DNA from: a virus
Taxonomy: Duplodnaviria > Caudoviricetes
DNA: 59,210 nucleotides
Reading direction: 5' to 3' (one strand)
Virus record (IMG/VR): IMGVR_UViG_3300030107_003333
Coordinates: 1 to 59,210 of that record
Shown: in pieces, positions 26,490 to 38,200 of the stretch
Position numbering within the stretch: position 1 is the first letter of the stretch
Layout of the letters: each line of letters begins with the position of its first letter
Program-made: the position numbers and the translations under genes
Notes under the pieces: generated by a model
Seen by the model: only the letters and a program-made list of their open reading frames with translations
What the model was told of the DNA's origin: nothing
Database searches by the model: none

Positions 26490-27905
26490 ATGGCTACTAC
26501 TGCTGCTGCGGCTGCTGGTCTAGATGGCGCTACTGCGAATCTAAGAACCACGCCCGAAACATATACAACAGTAGGTACTCTATTAGATCAGAATAAGGAT
26601 TTCGTAATCCCTGAATTAGTAGAAACTTACGGTGATCAAGGAATCACAGGATTCCTTAAATTAACTGGGGCTATCCAATCTGGTGGAACTTCTGATGAAG
26701 TTCGTTACCACGAGGTAGGAAGACGCCACAGACTTGTAACTGGTATTACAGACGGTCTTGATGGAGACCAACAGAATATTAGCGTAACTGCTGACGGTAC
26801 TGACGGTACTGCTCTAGGTCCAAACGATGTCCTTATGGATAGCGCTGACGGACGTCGTTACGTTGTTATTCTTGCTGACGGAACACCTCTTACAACTGAT
26901 GATTATACAATTGCGTCTTTAGATGGTGCAACTGCTGGAGCTAATAACTCTACTTCACGTTCTTTTATCGTATTAGGTAACTTATACGGGCAAGGAACTG
27001 AGCAGCCAGCACACTTCCTAGACACTGACGTTGTTGTTCGTCAAAACCCATTCATGATTGTTAAGGATCGTTACCAAGTAAACGGATCTCAGGCTACAAA
27101 CATTGGATGGATTAATATCGGAAACGGTGAGTATCGTTGGTTTATGTACGGTGAACAAGAAGCACGTAAGCGCTTTGAAGACCGTCGTGAGATGATGATG
27201 CTTTTTGCTGAGACTGGAAATGATAGTGACTGGACTGATGCTACGTCTGCTGCGTTTAGTAATAGCGCAAACCAAGATATCGGTACAGGTTCAGAAGGCT
27301 ATGTTTCTGCTGTTGAATCAAGAGGTATCGTAGTTTCTAACGCTAACGCTAACCCACTTGATTCTTTTGCTGAGTTTGACGATATTATTGTTGAACTTGA
27401 TAAGAATGGTGCTACTTCTGAGTACGCTATGTACGTAAACAGAAAGCAAGATTTAGCTATCGATGATATGCTTGCTCACGGTGTTTCTACTGGAACTACT
27501 GCTGGTCTAGCTGGACAGTTCGGTGCGTTTAACAACGACGCTGATATGGCTGTTAAGCTTGGATTTAAGTCGTTCACTCGTGGTGGATACACTTTCCACA
27601 AGCATGACTGGAAGCTTCTAAACGATCCAACTCTTCTTGGTGCGTCTAACTACTTACAGGGAGCTATGGTTCCAATGTCTCAAGTTGCTGATGCTCGTAC
27701 AGGTGTGAAAGCTCCTGCTCTAGCTATGTACTACAAAGAGGCTAACGGTTACAACCGTGAAATGGAGCACTGGGTAACTGGAGGTGGTGTTTTAGGACAC
27801 ACTAACAATGGAGATGCTGGTCGTGACGTTGCTACGTTCCACTACCGTTCAGAGATCGCTCTTGTGACTCGTGCTGCTAACCAACACGTTCTTATTAAAG
27901 GATAA
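26490..27905 (+). CDS. Major capsid protein
   Basis: 471 aa, strongly biased codons (GCT/GGT/CGT), GSEG and LGFKSFTRGGYTF motifs as in flavobacterial podophage MCPs; operon ends in strong terminator. Confidence 0.85.
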   Translation: MATTAAAAAGLDGATANLRTTPETYTTVGTLLDQNKDFVIPELVETYGDQGITGFLKLTGAIQSGGTSDEVRYHEVGRRHRLVTGITDGLDGDQQNISVTADGTDGTALGPNDVLMDSADGRRYVVILADGTPLTTDDYTIASLDGATAGANNSTSRSFIVLGNLYGQGTEQPAHFLDTDVVVRQNPFMIVKDRYQVNGSQATNIGWINIGNGEYRWFMYGEQEARKRFEDRREMMMLFAETGNDSDWTDATSAAFSNSANQDIGTGSEGYVSAVESRGIVVSNANANPLDSFAEFDDIIVELDKNGATSEYAMYVNRKQDLAIDDMLAHGVSTGTTAGLAGQFGAFNNDADMAVKLGFKSFTRGGYTFHKHDWKLLNDPTLLGASNYLQGAMVPMSQVADARTGVKAPALAMYYKEANGYNREMEHWVTGGGVLGHTNNGDAGRDVATFHYRSEIALVTRAANQHVLIKG

Positions 27906-27931
27906 TATTAACATATAAAAAACTAGAAATT

Positions 27932-28318
27932 ATGGCTGAAAAATATTTATACTTTAGAACTGTAGCTGCTGCTGGAGATGACGATCAGGGTCAAGACTCT
28001 GTTTGTTACCCATTAAGCAAGTTTAGAGGATTCTCTATGGGTGCAGCTGGCGACATGGACGCTACTGCAGATGAGGATCTATTCACAATGGCATTTGAAT
28101 CAATTCAAAACGACACTGCTGGTGACGATGCGAATTTTGACATCATTGTTATGAATATCACTACAGACAACAACGCTAAAGCTGTTTGGAAAGGACTTGT
28201 TGAAGCATTTGCTCACAGCAAGGAAACTTTCCTTGTAGTTGGTGATGATGTTACTGGTGACTATCTACACTCTGATATTGAATCTGTTGGTGCAATCACA
28301 TTGGTTGACGCAGGATAA
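27932..28318 (+). CDS. Probable capsid-associated protein
   Basis: Acidic, co-transcribed with MCP, same codon bias. Confidence 0.6.
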   Translation: MAEKYLYFRTVAAAGDDDQGQDSVCYPLSKFRGFSMGAAGDMDATADEDLFTMAFESIQNDTAGDDANFDIIVMNITTDNNAKAVWKGLVEAFAHSKETFLVVGDDVTGDYLHSDIESVGAITLVDAG

Positions 28319-28340
28319 TATATCTTATATTGCAACAAAG

Positions 28341-28363
28341 AAAGGGGCTTCGGCCCCTTTTTT
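28341..28363 (+). terminator. Intrinsic terminator
   Basis: AAAGGGGC-TTCG-GCCCCTTT plus T-run. Confidence 0.92.
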
Positions 28364-28372
28364 ATTTCTTTG

Positions 28373-28380
28373 TATATTTG
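28373..28380 (+). promoter_or_regulatory. Bacteroidota -7 element
   Basis: TATATTTG right after terminator. Confidence 0.7.
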
Positions 28381-28396
28381 TACGTATTTTAGTAAA

Positions 28397-29683
28397 ATGA
28401 AAAAATTCTTCCTGTTTAACAGAGAGCCCTTGAATCCAAGTAGCTCTGATTCTTCTAATACAGGAGCTGGTTTAAGCGTATTTGCTATATCCAGCGATCA
28501 TTTAGCTTTTATGACTGCTTTAAAAGGGGCAGTAAACATAACATTTAATAATGCGTCTTTATATGATTATAGCGAGCTTTTTACTGGAGACGCTGTAAAG
28601 AAATCATCAGTAACAGTTTCTTGTAGAGAAGGGGAAGAAAATGCATTAATAGAAGCAATTTTAGGTTTTATTTCTTCTGTGTCTTCCGAAGATACAGTAA
28701 TGAGATTTGACGTTATTTCAGGTAGATCTACTTTTTCTCAGTTTTTGCCAGAATCTTCTAATTCTATTAAATCTAAAATATTTAGAAGTCCTATTGTTAT
28801 GGATAGCGGAAGGTTTAGTCAGGGTTCTGAAAAGAAGATTTACCAGAACACCATAGCTGATATTCACTTTGGGGAAAATTTACCTTTAGTAGATTATAAC
28901 CACGAAGGTTTGGGTGGGTATGCAGACGGTGATGAAATAACTAGTTGGGTTAATGCTGGTACTGGTGGGGCTACTTATAATATTAGCACTAATGTAGCTG
29001 ACCCTAGTGCTGAAGTTAGCTCTTCGTCAAGTGATATAAATACTAAGGCAGCGCATTTTAATGTAGGTGATTATTTTGACATTCCAGCTATAAGGGTTAG
29101 CAATGATTACACTTTATATTGCGTTTTAGGAATTTCAACACACATAATGGCGCTTTATGGTGATGATACTGGAGAGTGTCTCGGCTTTGGAGGTAAATAC
29201 CCTGAAAGCGCTGATTTAGATGAAAATAATGTTGAAAAACTAAATAGTTCTTTTTCTGTAAGGCATAGCGGAATGACAGGTGCAGTAGCTACTACAATGG
29301 CTAATAATACTGACAATGGAACTTCATATGGTGAGTTCCCAGAATATCAATATGTTGGAAACGATTCAACCAAATCAAATGCAGAGGTATTTATTATTAG
29401 AAGGGATGTGGAAAATAACATGTATCTACATGATAGAACTGGAAATATTATAGCGTTTATTGAAGGAAAGGGAGATAAAACAATGAATGCTACAGACCCT
29501 TACAGGACTGATGGCGACCTTTTGATAGAGGTGTTAGGCACTGTAAAAGACAATACCTCTGGTGGAGCAGGTAAATGGAATGGGTTTTTAGCAAGATTTG
29601 GCGTTATAAAGCATGATATAGGGTCTGATAGGTCTTCCCAGCTTGCAAAAGATCTTTTTAGTTTATATAAGACAAATACTTAA
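28397..29683 (+). CDS. Probable virion protein with lectin-like (LamG-type) C-terminal domain
   Basis: ADGDEITSWVN...WNGFLARFGVI..DI pattern; start MKKFF. Confidence 0.55.
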   Translation: MKKFFLFNREPLNPSSSDSSNTGAGLSVFAISSDHLAFMTALKGAVNITFNNASLYDYSELFTGDAVKKSSVTVSCREGEENALIEAILGFISSVSSEDTVMRFDVISGRSTFSQFLPESSNSIKSKIFRSPIVMDSGRFSQGSEKKIYQNTIADIHFGENLPLVDYNHEGLGGYADGDEITSWVNAGTGGATYNISTNVADPSAEVSSSSSDINTKAAHFNVGDYFDIPAIRVSNDYTLYCVLGISTHIMALYGDDTGECLGFGGKYPESADLDENNVEKLNSSFSVRHSGMTGAVATTMANNTDNGTSYGEFPEYQYVGNDSTKSNAEVFIIRRDVENNMYLHDRTGNIIAFIEGKGDKTMNATDPYRTDGDLLIEVLGTVKDNTSGGAGKWNGFLARFGVIKHDIGSDRSSQLAKDLFSLYKTNT

Positions 29684-29697
29684 TTTAATATAATATT

Positions 29698-30576
29698 ATG
29701 GAAAAAACAAAAACAAGAAGGGCTACTGAAAGTCCTAAAGCAACAAAGGTTGAAGAACCTGTTGTAGTTCAGGAAACAGTAATTGTAGAACCTCAGGTTA
29801 AAGAAGAGCCTAAATCTCATTCTAAACCTAAAAAAAGAACTATAAAAAGGCAAGAAAAAGAAGTTTTTCATTGTGAGTTTGAAATCATTAAAGGCGGGGG
29901 TATAGCATATATGCTACCTCAAAAAGGAGTAACTGTTTATGACTCTGATAAGGATACAATTAGAGAGATTAGGTATTGTCCTAATGAACCCTCTATTTAT
30001 GTAGATGAACAATCTGACAATGCCTTAAAACAATCCGTTACTTTTAGAGATGCTAAGTTGTTTGTATCAAAAGAACAGCCTAATCTTAGAAAGTTTATGG
30101 AAATGCATCCAGCAAATCAAGCAAATGGTGGAACTACCTTTAGAAAGGTCGATAAAAGAAAAGATGCAGAACTAGAACTTGAAAGGGAGTTTTTACTTAC
30201 TGATGCTGTTTCTATAGTTAGAGACAGAGATATTAATGACTTGCTTCCTTTGGCTATATACTTTGGTATTAATATAAACGCTCCTGTTTCAGATATTAGG
30301 TACAACCTTTTAAGGATTGCAAAATCTAAAACAAAAGAGTTTTTACAGTCTTTAGACTCGCCGCAGGTTTCGTGCAGGTCTACTATTCAACAAGCAAAAG
30401 ACTATCAAATATTAAATATGAAATCTAATGGGGTTTATTGGTTTGATTCAAATCAACTAATTATCTCAGTTCCAGTAGGTCAAGACCCTATAGATACTAT
30501 GGTTCGATTCTGCTTAACTGAAAAAGGAGCCTCCGCCCTTGCTTTGATAGAAGAAAGGTTAGATAAATTAGCTTAA
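29698..30576 (+). CDS. Hypothetical protein of head-tail region
   Basis: 292 aa; REIRYCPNEPSIYVDEQ. Confidence 0.8.
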   Translation: MEKTKTRRATESPKATKVEEPVVVQETVIVEPQVKEEPKSHSKPKKRTIKRQEKEVFHCEFEIIKGGGIAYMLPQKGVTVYDSDKDTIREIRYCPNEPSIYVDEQSDNALKQSVTFRDAKLFVSKEQPNLRKFMEMHPANQANGGTTFRKVDKRKDAELELEREFLLTDAVSIVRDRDINDLLPLAIYFGININAPVSDIRYNLLRIAKSKTKEFLQSLDSPQVSCRSTIQQAKDYQILNMKSNGVYWFDSNQLIISVPVGQDPIDTMVRFCLTEKGASALALIEERLDKLA

Positions 30577-30579
30577 CAG

Positions 30580-30604
30580 AAAGGCCCCAAAAGGGGCCTT
30601 TTTT
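30580..30604 (+). terminator. Intrinsic terminator
   Basis: AAGGCCCC-AAAA-GGGGCCTT plus T-run. Confidence 0.9.
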
Positions 30605-30611
30605 CTTTTTG

Positions 30612-30619
30612 TATATTTG
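30612..30619 (+). promoter_or_regulatory. Bacteroidota -7 element
   Basis: TATATTTG 4 nt before ATG 30624. Confidence 0.75.
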
Positions 30620-30623
30620 TAAT

Positions 30624-31391
30624 ATGATCAGCGTAATAGAGGTTTATAATACTGTAAGAGACCTTTGTAATAAAGACCAAAAAGGATTTGTTACACCAAG
30701 GGTTTTTAACACGTTTGCAGAAATCGCTCAGCAAAATGTTTTTAACGAAATGTTTAAGGAACTAAGCGTAACAAAACAACTTAGAAAAAGTAATTTTGAT
30801 GCTGCTGGTAAAGATTCAATGTACAGGGGTGTAAAAGAAGATATTTCACTTTTTGTTACTAAAGAGGCTATTGAAACAGATCAAGTAGGATCTAACTATA
30901 CGGAAGCAAATTTGTTTAACAAGCCAACGGATGTATTTAGGATTATCTCAATTCATGTTGCAGATGGAACAGGCTTTTTCCCAGTTGAACTAGTGCATGA
31001 TGCGGATAAAATGCCTCTTATTTTATCGAGTAACTTATCTGCCCCTACTACTGAATATCCTGTAGCTCTTATATCAAGAGATATAGAAGTATTTCCCTCT
31101 GATGTAAACGCTGTAGTTTTAACATATTATAGACAACCAGCTTCAAAGTATGCATCTAATGTTGGTGGATTTGCTTATGGCGATGTAGATACTACGTCTG
31201 GCCCTAGATTAGTTGCATCAACAGAATTAGACGATGGGTTTATAGTGCCTGACATTAATAGCTCTAGGCATTTTGAACTTCCAGAACATTACAAAAGTGA
31301 AATTATAGCAGAAATTGCAAGAATGATCGGAATAAGATTAAGAGATGAGATGATAATTGCAAACACTGTGCAAGAAATAAATATTAAATAA
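30624..31391 (+). CDS. Tail ring / head-tail adaptor protein
   Basis: NKDQKGFVTP..FN..A..AQ, LTYYRQP, FELPEHY pattern of podoviral ring proteins. Confidence 0.65.
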   Translation: MISVIEVYNTVRDLCNKDQKGFVTPRVFNTFAEIAQQNVFNEMFKELSVTKQLRKSNFDAAGKDSMYRGVKEDISLFVTKEAIETDQVGSNYTEANLFNKPTDVFRIISIHVADGTGFFPVELVHDADKMPLILSSNLSAPTTEYPVALISRDIEVFPSDVNAVVLTYYRQPASKYASNVGGFAYGDVDTTSGPRLVASTELDDGFIVPDINSSRHFELPEHYKSEIIAEIARMIGIRLRDEMIIANTVQEINIK

Positions 31392-32263
31392 TGGCATATC
31401 AAGACGTATCGTCATCGGGAATGAATTATGTTACCTTAACGGATATTATAGGTGACTTTAAAATTACTATGGATAGTGATGATTATGCCGCTAATGCATC
31501 GGATATTGCTATAAGAAATTTTGCTTTAAGAGGTATTAGGGAGTTTGGATTTGACGTAACCAGCAGAATCAAGTCTTTAAAACTGTCAATAGATACGTCA
31601 ACTAATACTGTTTCGCTACCTGACGATTATGTTGATTTAGTAAAAATAGGTATAGTGGATGATAACGGTATTATAAGAACTTTAGGTGAAAATAAACATA
31701 TAAATTATAGCAGGAAGTATGAAGTTGATGCTGCTGGTGATGCCACTAATGAAACTATTGATAGTCAAGAAGGGCCTTTAGATATAACGGCTAATCTTAT
31801 TTTAGACAGACAGAATGACAAAACAAGCACATCTAACGGTAATGCAGATAGCGGGGATTTAGATTATTATATTTTTGAAAACTATCTATATCAAGGGGGG
31901 TTAGGTAGATTATACGGTATTGGAGGGGGTAAAAGAGCAGGAGACTATAGAATTAATTTAGATCAAAACAGGATAGAGATAGATACGAACACTAGTACTG
32001 CGGAAGTTATAATAGAATATATAGCAGATGAAGCAAGGTCTACAAATCCAGTAATACATGTATATGCTGAGGAGGCTCTTCGTTGTTATGTGTATTATAA
32101 AATATGTGAAAGAAAATCAACAGTCCCAGCAAATGAAAAAGCAAGGGCTCGTTCAGAATATTATAACGAAAGAAGAAAAGCTAAAGCAAGACTAAGTAAT
32201 TTTAGCAAAACGGAAGCATTAAGAACTATACGTAAAAACTTTAAGTTAGCACCTAAGTATTAA
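31391..32263 (+). CDS. Tail ring / tubular protein
   Basis: RGIREFGFD, LPDDYVDLVKI, IIEYIAD, VHxxAEEAL-like motifs. Confidence 0.65.
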   Translation: MAYQDVSSSGMNYVTLTDIIGDFKITMDSDDYAANASDIAIRNFALRGIREFGFDVTSRIKSLKLSIDTSTNTVSLPDDYVDLVKIGIVDDNGIIRTLGENKHINYSRKYEVDAAGDATNETIDSQEGPLDITANLILDRQNDKTSTSNGNADSGDLDYYIFENYLYQGGLGRLYGIGGGKRAGDYRINLDQNRIEIDTNTSTAEVIIEYIADEARSTNPVIHVYAEEALRCYVYYKICERKSTVPANEKARARSEYYNERRKAKARLSNFSKTEALRTIRKNFKLAPKY

Positions 32264-35200
32264 TGATTAGTAAGGTAGTACCAAGAAAATTAGATCACTC
32301 TTCAGACTCGAAGGTTAGGCGTAAAGACGATATGTTTGATGCGCTTAATGTTTCTATATGGAGTGATGATAGAGGTGGAGCGTCAGGTAATGAAGGCGTT
32401 ATAAAGCCTGTAAAAAGTAATGTGTTGTTGGATGGCTCTGGAGCTTTTGACGACTCTTCTGACAAAGTAGTGCTCGGCAAGGTTATAGACAATAAATATG
32501 ATGTTATATACTTTTTTGTTTATTGTTCTAATGTTGCTGATTCTGGCGTGTATGCATACGACCCAACAAATTATCTTAGCGACTTTCATCCTGCAGAATC
32601 TGTATTTAAGGTATATGCTACTTCTGAATTTAATTTTCATCCAGAGAGTTTTGTAAAAGGGGATATTACTTACGTTCAGAAAAAAAGAGAATTTGGGGGT
32701 AGGGTGTATGAAGATACCCCTATGTTGTTTTTTACAGATAATAGAAACGAACCTAGAAAGCTTAATGTTTTAAGAGCTGTTTGGGACCCTACTGTTACCA
32801 CTTACACTGTAGGTAGTTCAGGCATTGTAGATTTTATTACAGCGTGTCCTAAAATGCCTACTATGCCAATTGAATTTGAGTTTGTTGAAGATCCAGATAC
32901 ACCATACAGCGAGTTCAAGAATGTAAATGGATTCCAATTTGCGTATCAGCTTGTTTATAAAGACGGGAATGTTAGCGCTATGTCGACTGTATCTGATATA
33001 GCTGTTCCTCCTTCTTATGTAAACCAAGGGGTTTTACCTGTACCATATCTAAACCTGCATAATATATGTAGATTAACAGTACCTCCACAAGCTATAACTT
33101 CAGAAGTTGAAAAAGTAAAGATACTGGCAAGAAGGGGTAATGATGGTAATTTCTTCGAGATTACGGAGATGGAGAATAGCCTTATTTATATAAATGGATT
33201 AATAGAAGGAATTATAATTTCAGGCGGGAATGTCGATGATATGATGGATCTATTCCAAGAGATAGATACATCTGAAGAATCGTCACAAATTACTCAAGAG
33301 AATCCTTTTGTGTATGATTTTAAAAACGATACGATAAATATTGCTATATCTCAAGATGATCAAATAAAACATTTCGATAATCTACCGAAAAGAGCAGAGT
33401 CTCAAAGTATTGTAGATAACAGACTCTTTTATGGGAACTATGTAGAAGGATTTGATCAGGTTGAGACTGAAGCTACAATTAATGCCGTACCTCTGCCGAG
33501 AACTCCAGATTTTACAAATTATGAGATAAAAATTGAACCAGCAACTTGTCTTAGCGCTAGCCTAACTTCAGACGGTATGTGGGAAAATCTCGACGATTTC
33601 GACAATGATGTAACTAATTCATGGAATAAAAATAGCGCTTTTGTTATTAATCCTTACGAAATGCCTGAAGATGGAATTGCTATTGGGGACGAAGTATCAA
33701 TTTCTTTCAGTTTAATACCTGACACAAATTGGCATATATATGATTCAACTAACAGTTATCACCAAACCAATCAACTAGGAGATTTTTTTGGACCCTCTGC
33801 AGGTACAGTTTTTGAAAGCGATTATGATTACACCCCTCTTGAGCTTGAGGGGCGTAGGGTTGACGGCTTCTTTCAGTATATAAGAGGGGATTTTGAGGAT
33901 CTAGTTTTTGATGTTCAGGCGGAAAGTAACTATGGCCTTGCTGAGCCTTGTTTGCCTGCTGTTTGCGATGACGGCGTACAAGACGCAGGGGCTAATAAAG
34001 TTTGGAAAAACTCTTACTCTGCTGAAGGGTCTATGGAATGCTTATACGGAACCAGCGCAGCTAACCCTTTAATAGTGCAGGGAGGTGAAATAAGCATTTC
34101 TATAAAAATAAAAGCTTTAGCTTCAAATAGCAAAGAGGCTGTTTCTCAATTTTTAGCTGATATCATTACTGGAGACCCAACGATATATTCAAATAATGCG
34201 TTTCAACTTTTGGAAGCAGAGATTAACTCTACTTACAGCTATGATTTAGGTTTACAGCATGAAGACAGCTTCAATCAAGGCGACCCATTTGGTAAGCTTA
34301 TAGTTATGGTAGGAGGCGATTCTCAAGAACTACAAACTAAAAATGCCCTTCAAAATCTAGCTGGAGCATTTATAATAAATAAAGCTACTGTAGAATTAGG
34401 ATTTTTTCTAGATGAAGCATATCATCAGCCCCTACCTGAAAGCTACACAGCTTCTGGTCACGGCAATTGGATAGGTGAAGGTTCTGGATGGGATGAAGAA
34501 ATTGGTAAGAGAAGGATAGGAATTTATGTAAAAAGAATTACTGATGTAGAGACTATGACTTGCCAAAGAAGGCTGTTATCTTCTAGCCCTTGGACAGTTC
34601 TTGACAATTCTGAAGTCATGACTTTTAACTCAGCTCAGAACTTACCTTATGGGCCTTTTGAACTTGTAGCTCAAGAATTTGACTCATATTTAAATAACGA
34701 GTTTCTAGGTGGTGACACAAGTGGGCCTACTGATGGATGTTTTAAGTGGTGGAGAGGTTATCTTGATTATTCTCAAGAGAATTATCCCTTCTTTGAAGAC
34801 GGTGTGAATGGCCCTCCTCAGTTTAGCGTTATGGACGGAGAAGGGGGGATTGGCGGCGGACCTACTTCAACACCTTTACCTATCTGGGTTTCTCCTTACG
34901 ATGATTGTCAAATAGTTACATCCCCTGAGGGGTCAACACAGTATCTTAACTGGTCATCTAATATCGCTATGATAAAAGGTGTAGGAAATTTAGGGAGCGC
35001 CCCTTTGGTAAGTTTTACTCCTAATGGAGTGTTAACCCCTAACTCTGCTTATATTCAACAAACGGGTGCTGGCGGAGGTGCAGCCAACGAGCATAAATTA
35101 GGAACTATAGTTTCCAATAATGTGATTCTTCATAAGCCAAACTTGAGTAATTCTAACCTTCCTAATCTAAGTGGCAATTCTGATGAGGTTATAGCGATGC

Positions 35201-38200
35201 CTATGTTTTATCGAACTGGACAAACTAGCAATCCTGCAGTGTTTTACGAATGGGAAGCCATTACAGTTGAAGGAGGTGATTTTCAACTAATTCCGAACAC
35301 TACAAACTATATATTTCCCTATAGCTGGATGGATAGAGCTCATTCTACGGCCAATATATTTAAGTTTTCGTTTTATAATGCAACGCTTTATGCAGAAGGT
35401 TCTAAATCTTATAAAAGTGCGGCAAATCATACTTTTGGAATTGTTTATTATGATTCTAGAGGTAGAGCTAGTAATGTTTCGCCTTTAGGGTCTGCTTTTT
35501 CCCCAGCTTATCATGAAAGAGCTGAAGGTTTTGAAGGTAAGGTGGAAATGCAGATTCAAATGAGTCATGATCCCCCTCCTGATGCAGAGACGTTCCAAAT
35601 AGTGTATTCTGGGAATACTTCTGTTACTAGGTTTATACAGTATGCTACTAGCGGGGCGTACATATCAACTAGAATGTACGAATCTGGTGGCGGCCATTTT
35701 TATGTAGGTTTAAATTACTTACAGGGGGGCGATATAGCGTATCACGAAAGTTTTGGGGCAAGAGCTTCTGAAGGTGGTGTTCCATATACTTACAGAGATG
35801 GAGATATGCTCAGGGTTATATCTTATTATAGTACAGGAAGTCTAGACTCTAGAGTTTGGCTTTCCGATATTTATGAATTTGAAGTTTCGTACACTCAGGA
35901 AATGCCTGACGATAGTATGAGTCCTCTATATGTAGCTGCAATAGACGGTGCAAGTACACATCCAGCAAAAAGAGGTACGTTTATTAAAGTTAAAGACAAT
36001 CCTAACGCACTTGGCTTTTCTTTTGCTGATATACAGTCAGGAAATAATCAACCAGATTCACAGACCCACAACTGGGGAAAAAGATGTATTGTAGAAATAT
36101 ACAACCCTGCTGACGCTGTAGCTGAAGATGATTTAATTTTTTACGAAACGGGCGATGTTTTTAGTATAACTCAACATGACAGTCTTTTAACTTTATCTGG
36201 TGGTGATGTATGGTGGAGACACGTACCCGTAAATATGGCTGAACATGACGGGGCAATGTTTACAAATCTTATTGATTTAGATTTTTCAGAATCAAACTTC
36301 AAAAACTACTCTTTAGAGACACAAGCATTTAGCGATTTTGTAAGAGGTTCAGATGTTCTTGATAAGGGAAAGCTTAAGATTATAGTACCTAACTCTCAAG
36401 AGGTTGTCCGTTCATCTTCTATTACGTACTCTGAAAAAAATAATCCAGCGTCAAAGCTGTTTACTCTTACGTCTTTTAATCCTGCAAAAATGCAATTTAA
36501 AGACATGCCTGCCGAATACGGTAACATAAACTACATGGTTAATCAACAAGACTCTATGTTTGTTATACAGTCTAGTAGGTGTAGTTCAGTTCCAGTAAAT
36601 CGAAACTTAATAACGACAGCTTCTAATGACGAGTCACTTATAGCTGCAACAAAAGTTCTTGGCACGGAAAGGTATTATGCTGGTGAATATGGGTGTGACA
36701 ATAATCCTGAATCTGTATGTGTTGTTGGGCCAAATATTTATTTTGCTAGCAAAAGCAGCAAGGAGGTTTATAAGTTTAATTCATCGACAGGAATAGATGT
36801 TATTTCTAATACAGGTATGAGGTCTTTCTTTAGGGATCTTTTTAATAGCGCTATTAATGATGAAGGTGTGGTTAAGGTTGTAGGAGGTTATGACCCAATA
36901 AAAGATGAATTTATATTAAGTGTATATAATCAACCTTCTATTGAATATACTGAAGATGCTGATGATCCAACAGGAGCAGCTAGTGGAGGTGTTGTATTCC
37001 AAGACACCACTACTATTAATTCTTTAGAGCAGCAGTTGTACAATGTTATTCAAGCTATAACTTCATTACAAACAACTGATGGAGAGACACTCTTCCCTCA
37101 AGGGATTTTACCTCCGCCTTTACAGCAGTTCTATCAAAACTTCTCAGGTACGAATGAATTGGATTACTTAAATGGTTTAGATGCTGATGGTAGCGGCATT
37201 ATGGAACCAGAAGAAGTAGTTTCGTCTAATGCAGTAACATATCCGCTTATGTTGCAGGTTTTTGAAACTATTGCACTTATAGAAAACAATGCTATTGTAG
37301 ATATTATTAACACAATAACTTCCGTTATCGACGACCCTTCTATAGACACTGCTCAAGAGATACAAAATTACATATCTAATTTACAGGTAGATAACGCTAC
37401 ACTAACTGAAAGTCTTTCAACCCTTCAGTCTAGTTATGATACTTTACAGTCTGATTATAATGTCTTGCAAACCGATTATGCAACGCTTCAGACTGACATA
37501 GCTTCTAATGAAGCCGATATAGAGCAACTTAATCAACAGATAGTAGATCAATTAGCTCAAATAGCTCAGCTACAAACTCAAGCTAATGAGGATGGTAATA
37601 CTATAACTGATTTAAACGCTCAACTTGCGGAATACGCTGCTCAAGCTGGACTTGATGCAGAGACAATAGCTCAGTTACAGAATCAAGTCAATATAGACGC
37701 TGAGACAATAGCTGAATTAGAAGCTGCTGCTCAAGTAGCTGAAGGGACTATAGCCGATTTAAATAATCAGCTATCAAGTGCAAACGCTCAAATAGCAGCT
37801 ATGCAAGAATCACTTGCAGTCCAAGCAGCGGAAATAACAGCTTTAACTCTAGCTAATGCAGAAGCAACAGCTCTTGTAGCGGGTTATGAACAAAACATAA
37901 GCGCTTTAGAGGGTCAAATATTAAATCTGGAAGACGCTTTAGCATCATCAGCATCTTCAATTGAATTATTAGAATCTCTTGTTGCACAACAAGCGACATT
38001 CTCTGCGGAGGCGGAGGAGTCAATAGACGAGCTTACTGCCGAAAATCTTGCTCTACAAACTCAGCTAGACTTAGAGGCTTCTGCTTTAAGAAGTGCTTTA
38101 GTTCAATTAGATATGCAGTTACTTCATGCTGGATACGGTACAGTAAATGTAGCTAATTCAAACATTCAAGCAAACGTAAATAATTTAGAATTTGATGGTG

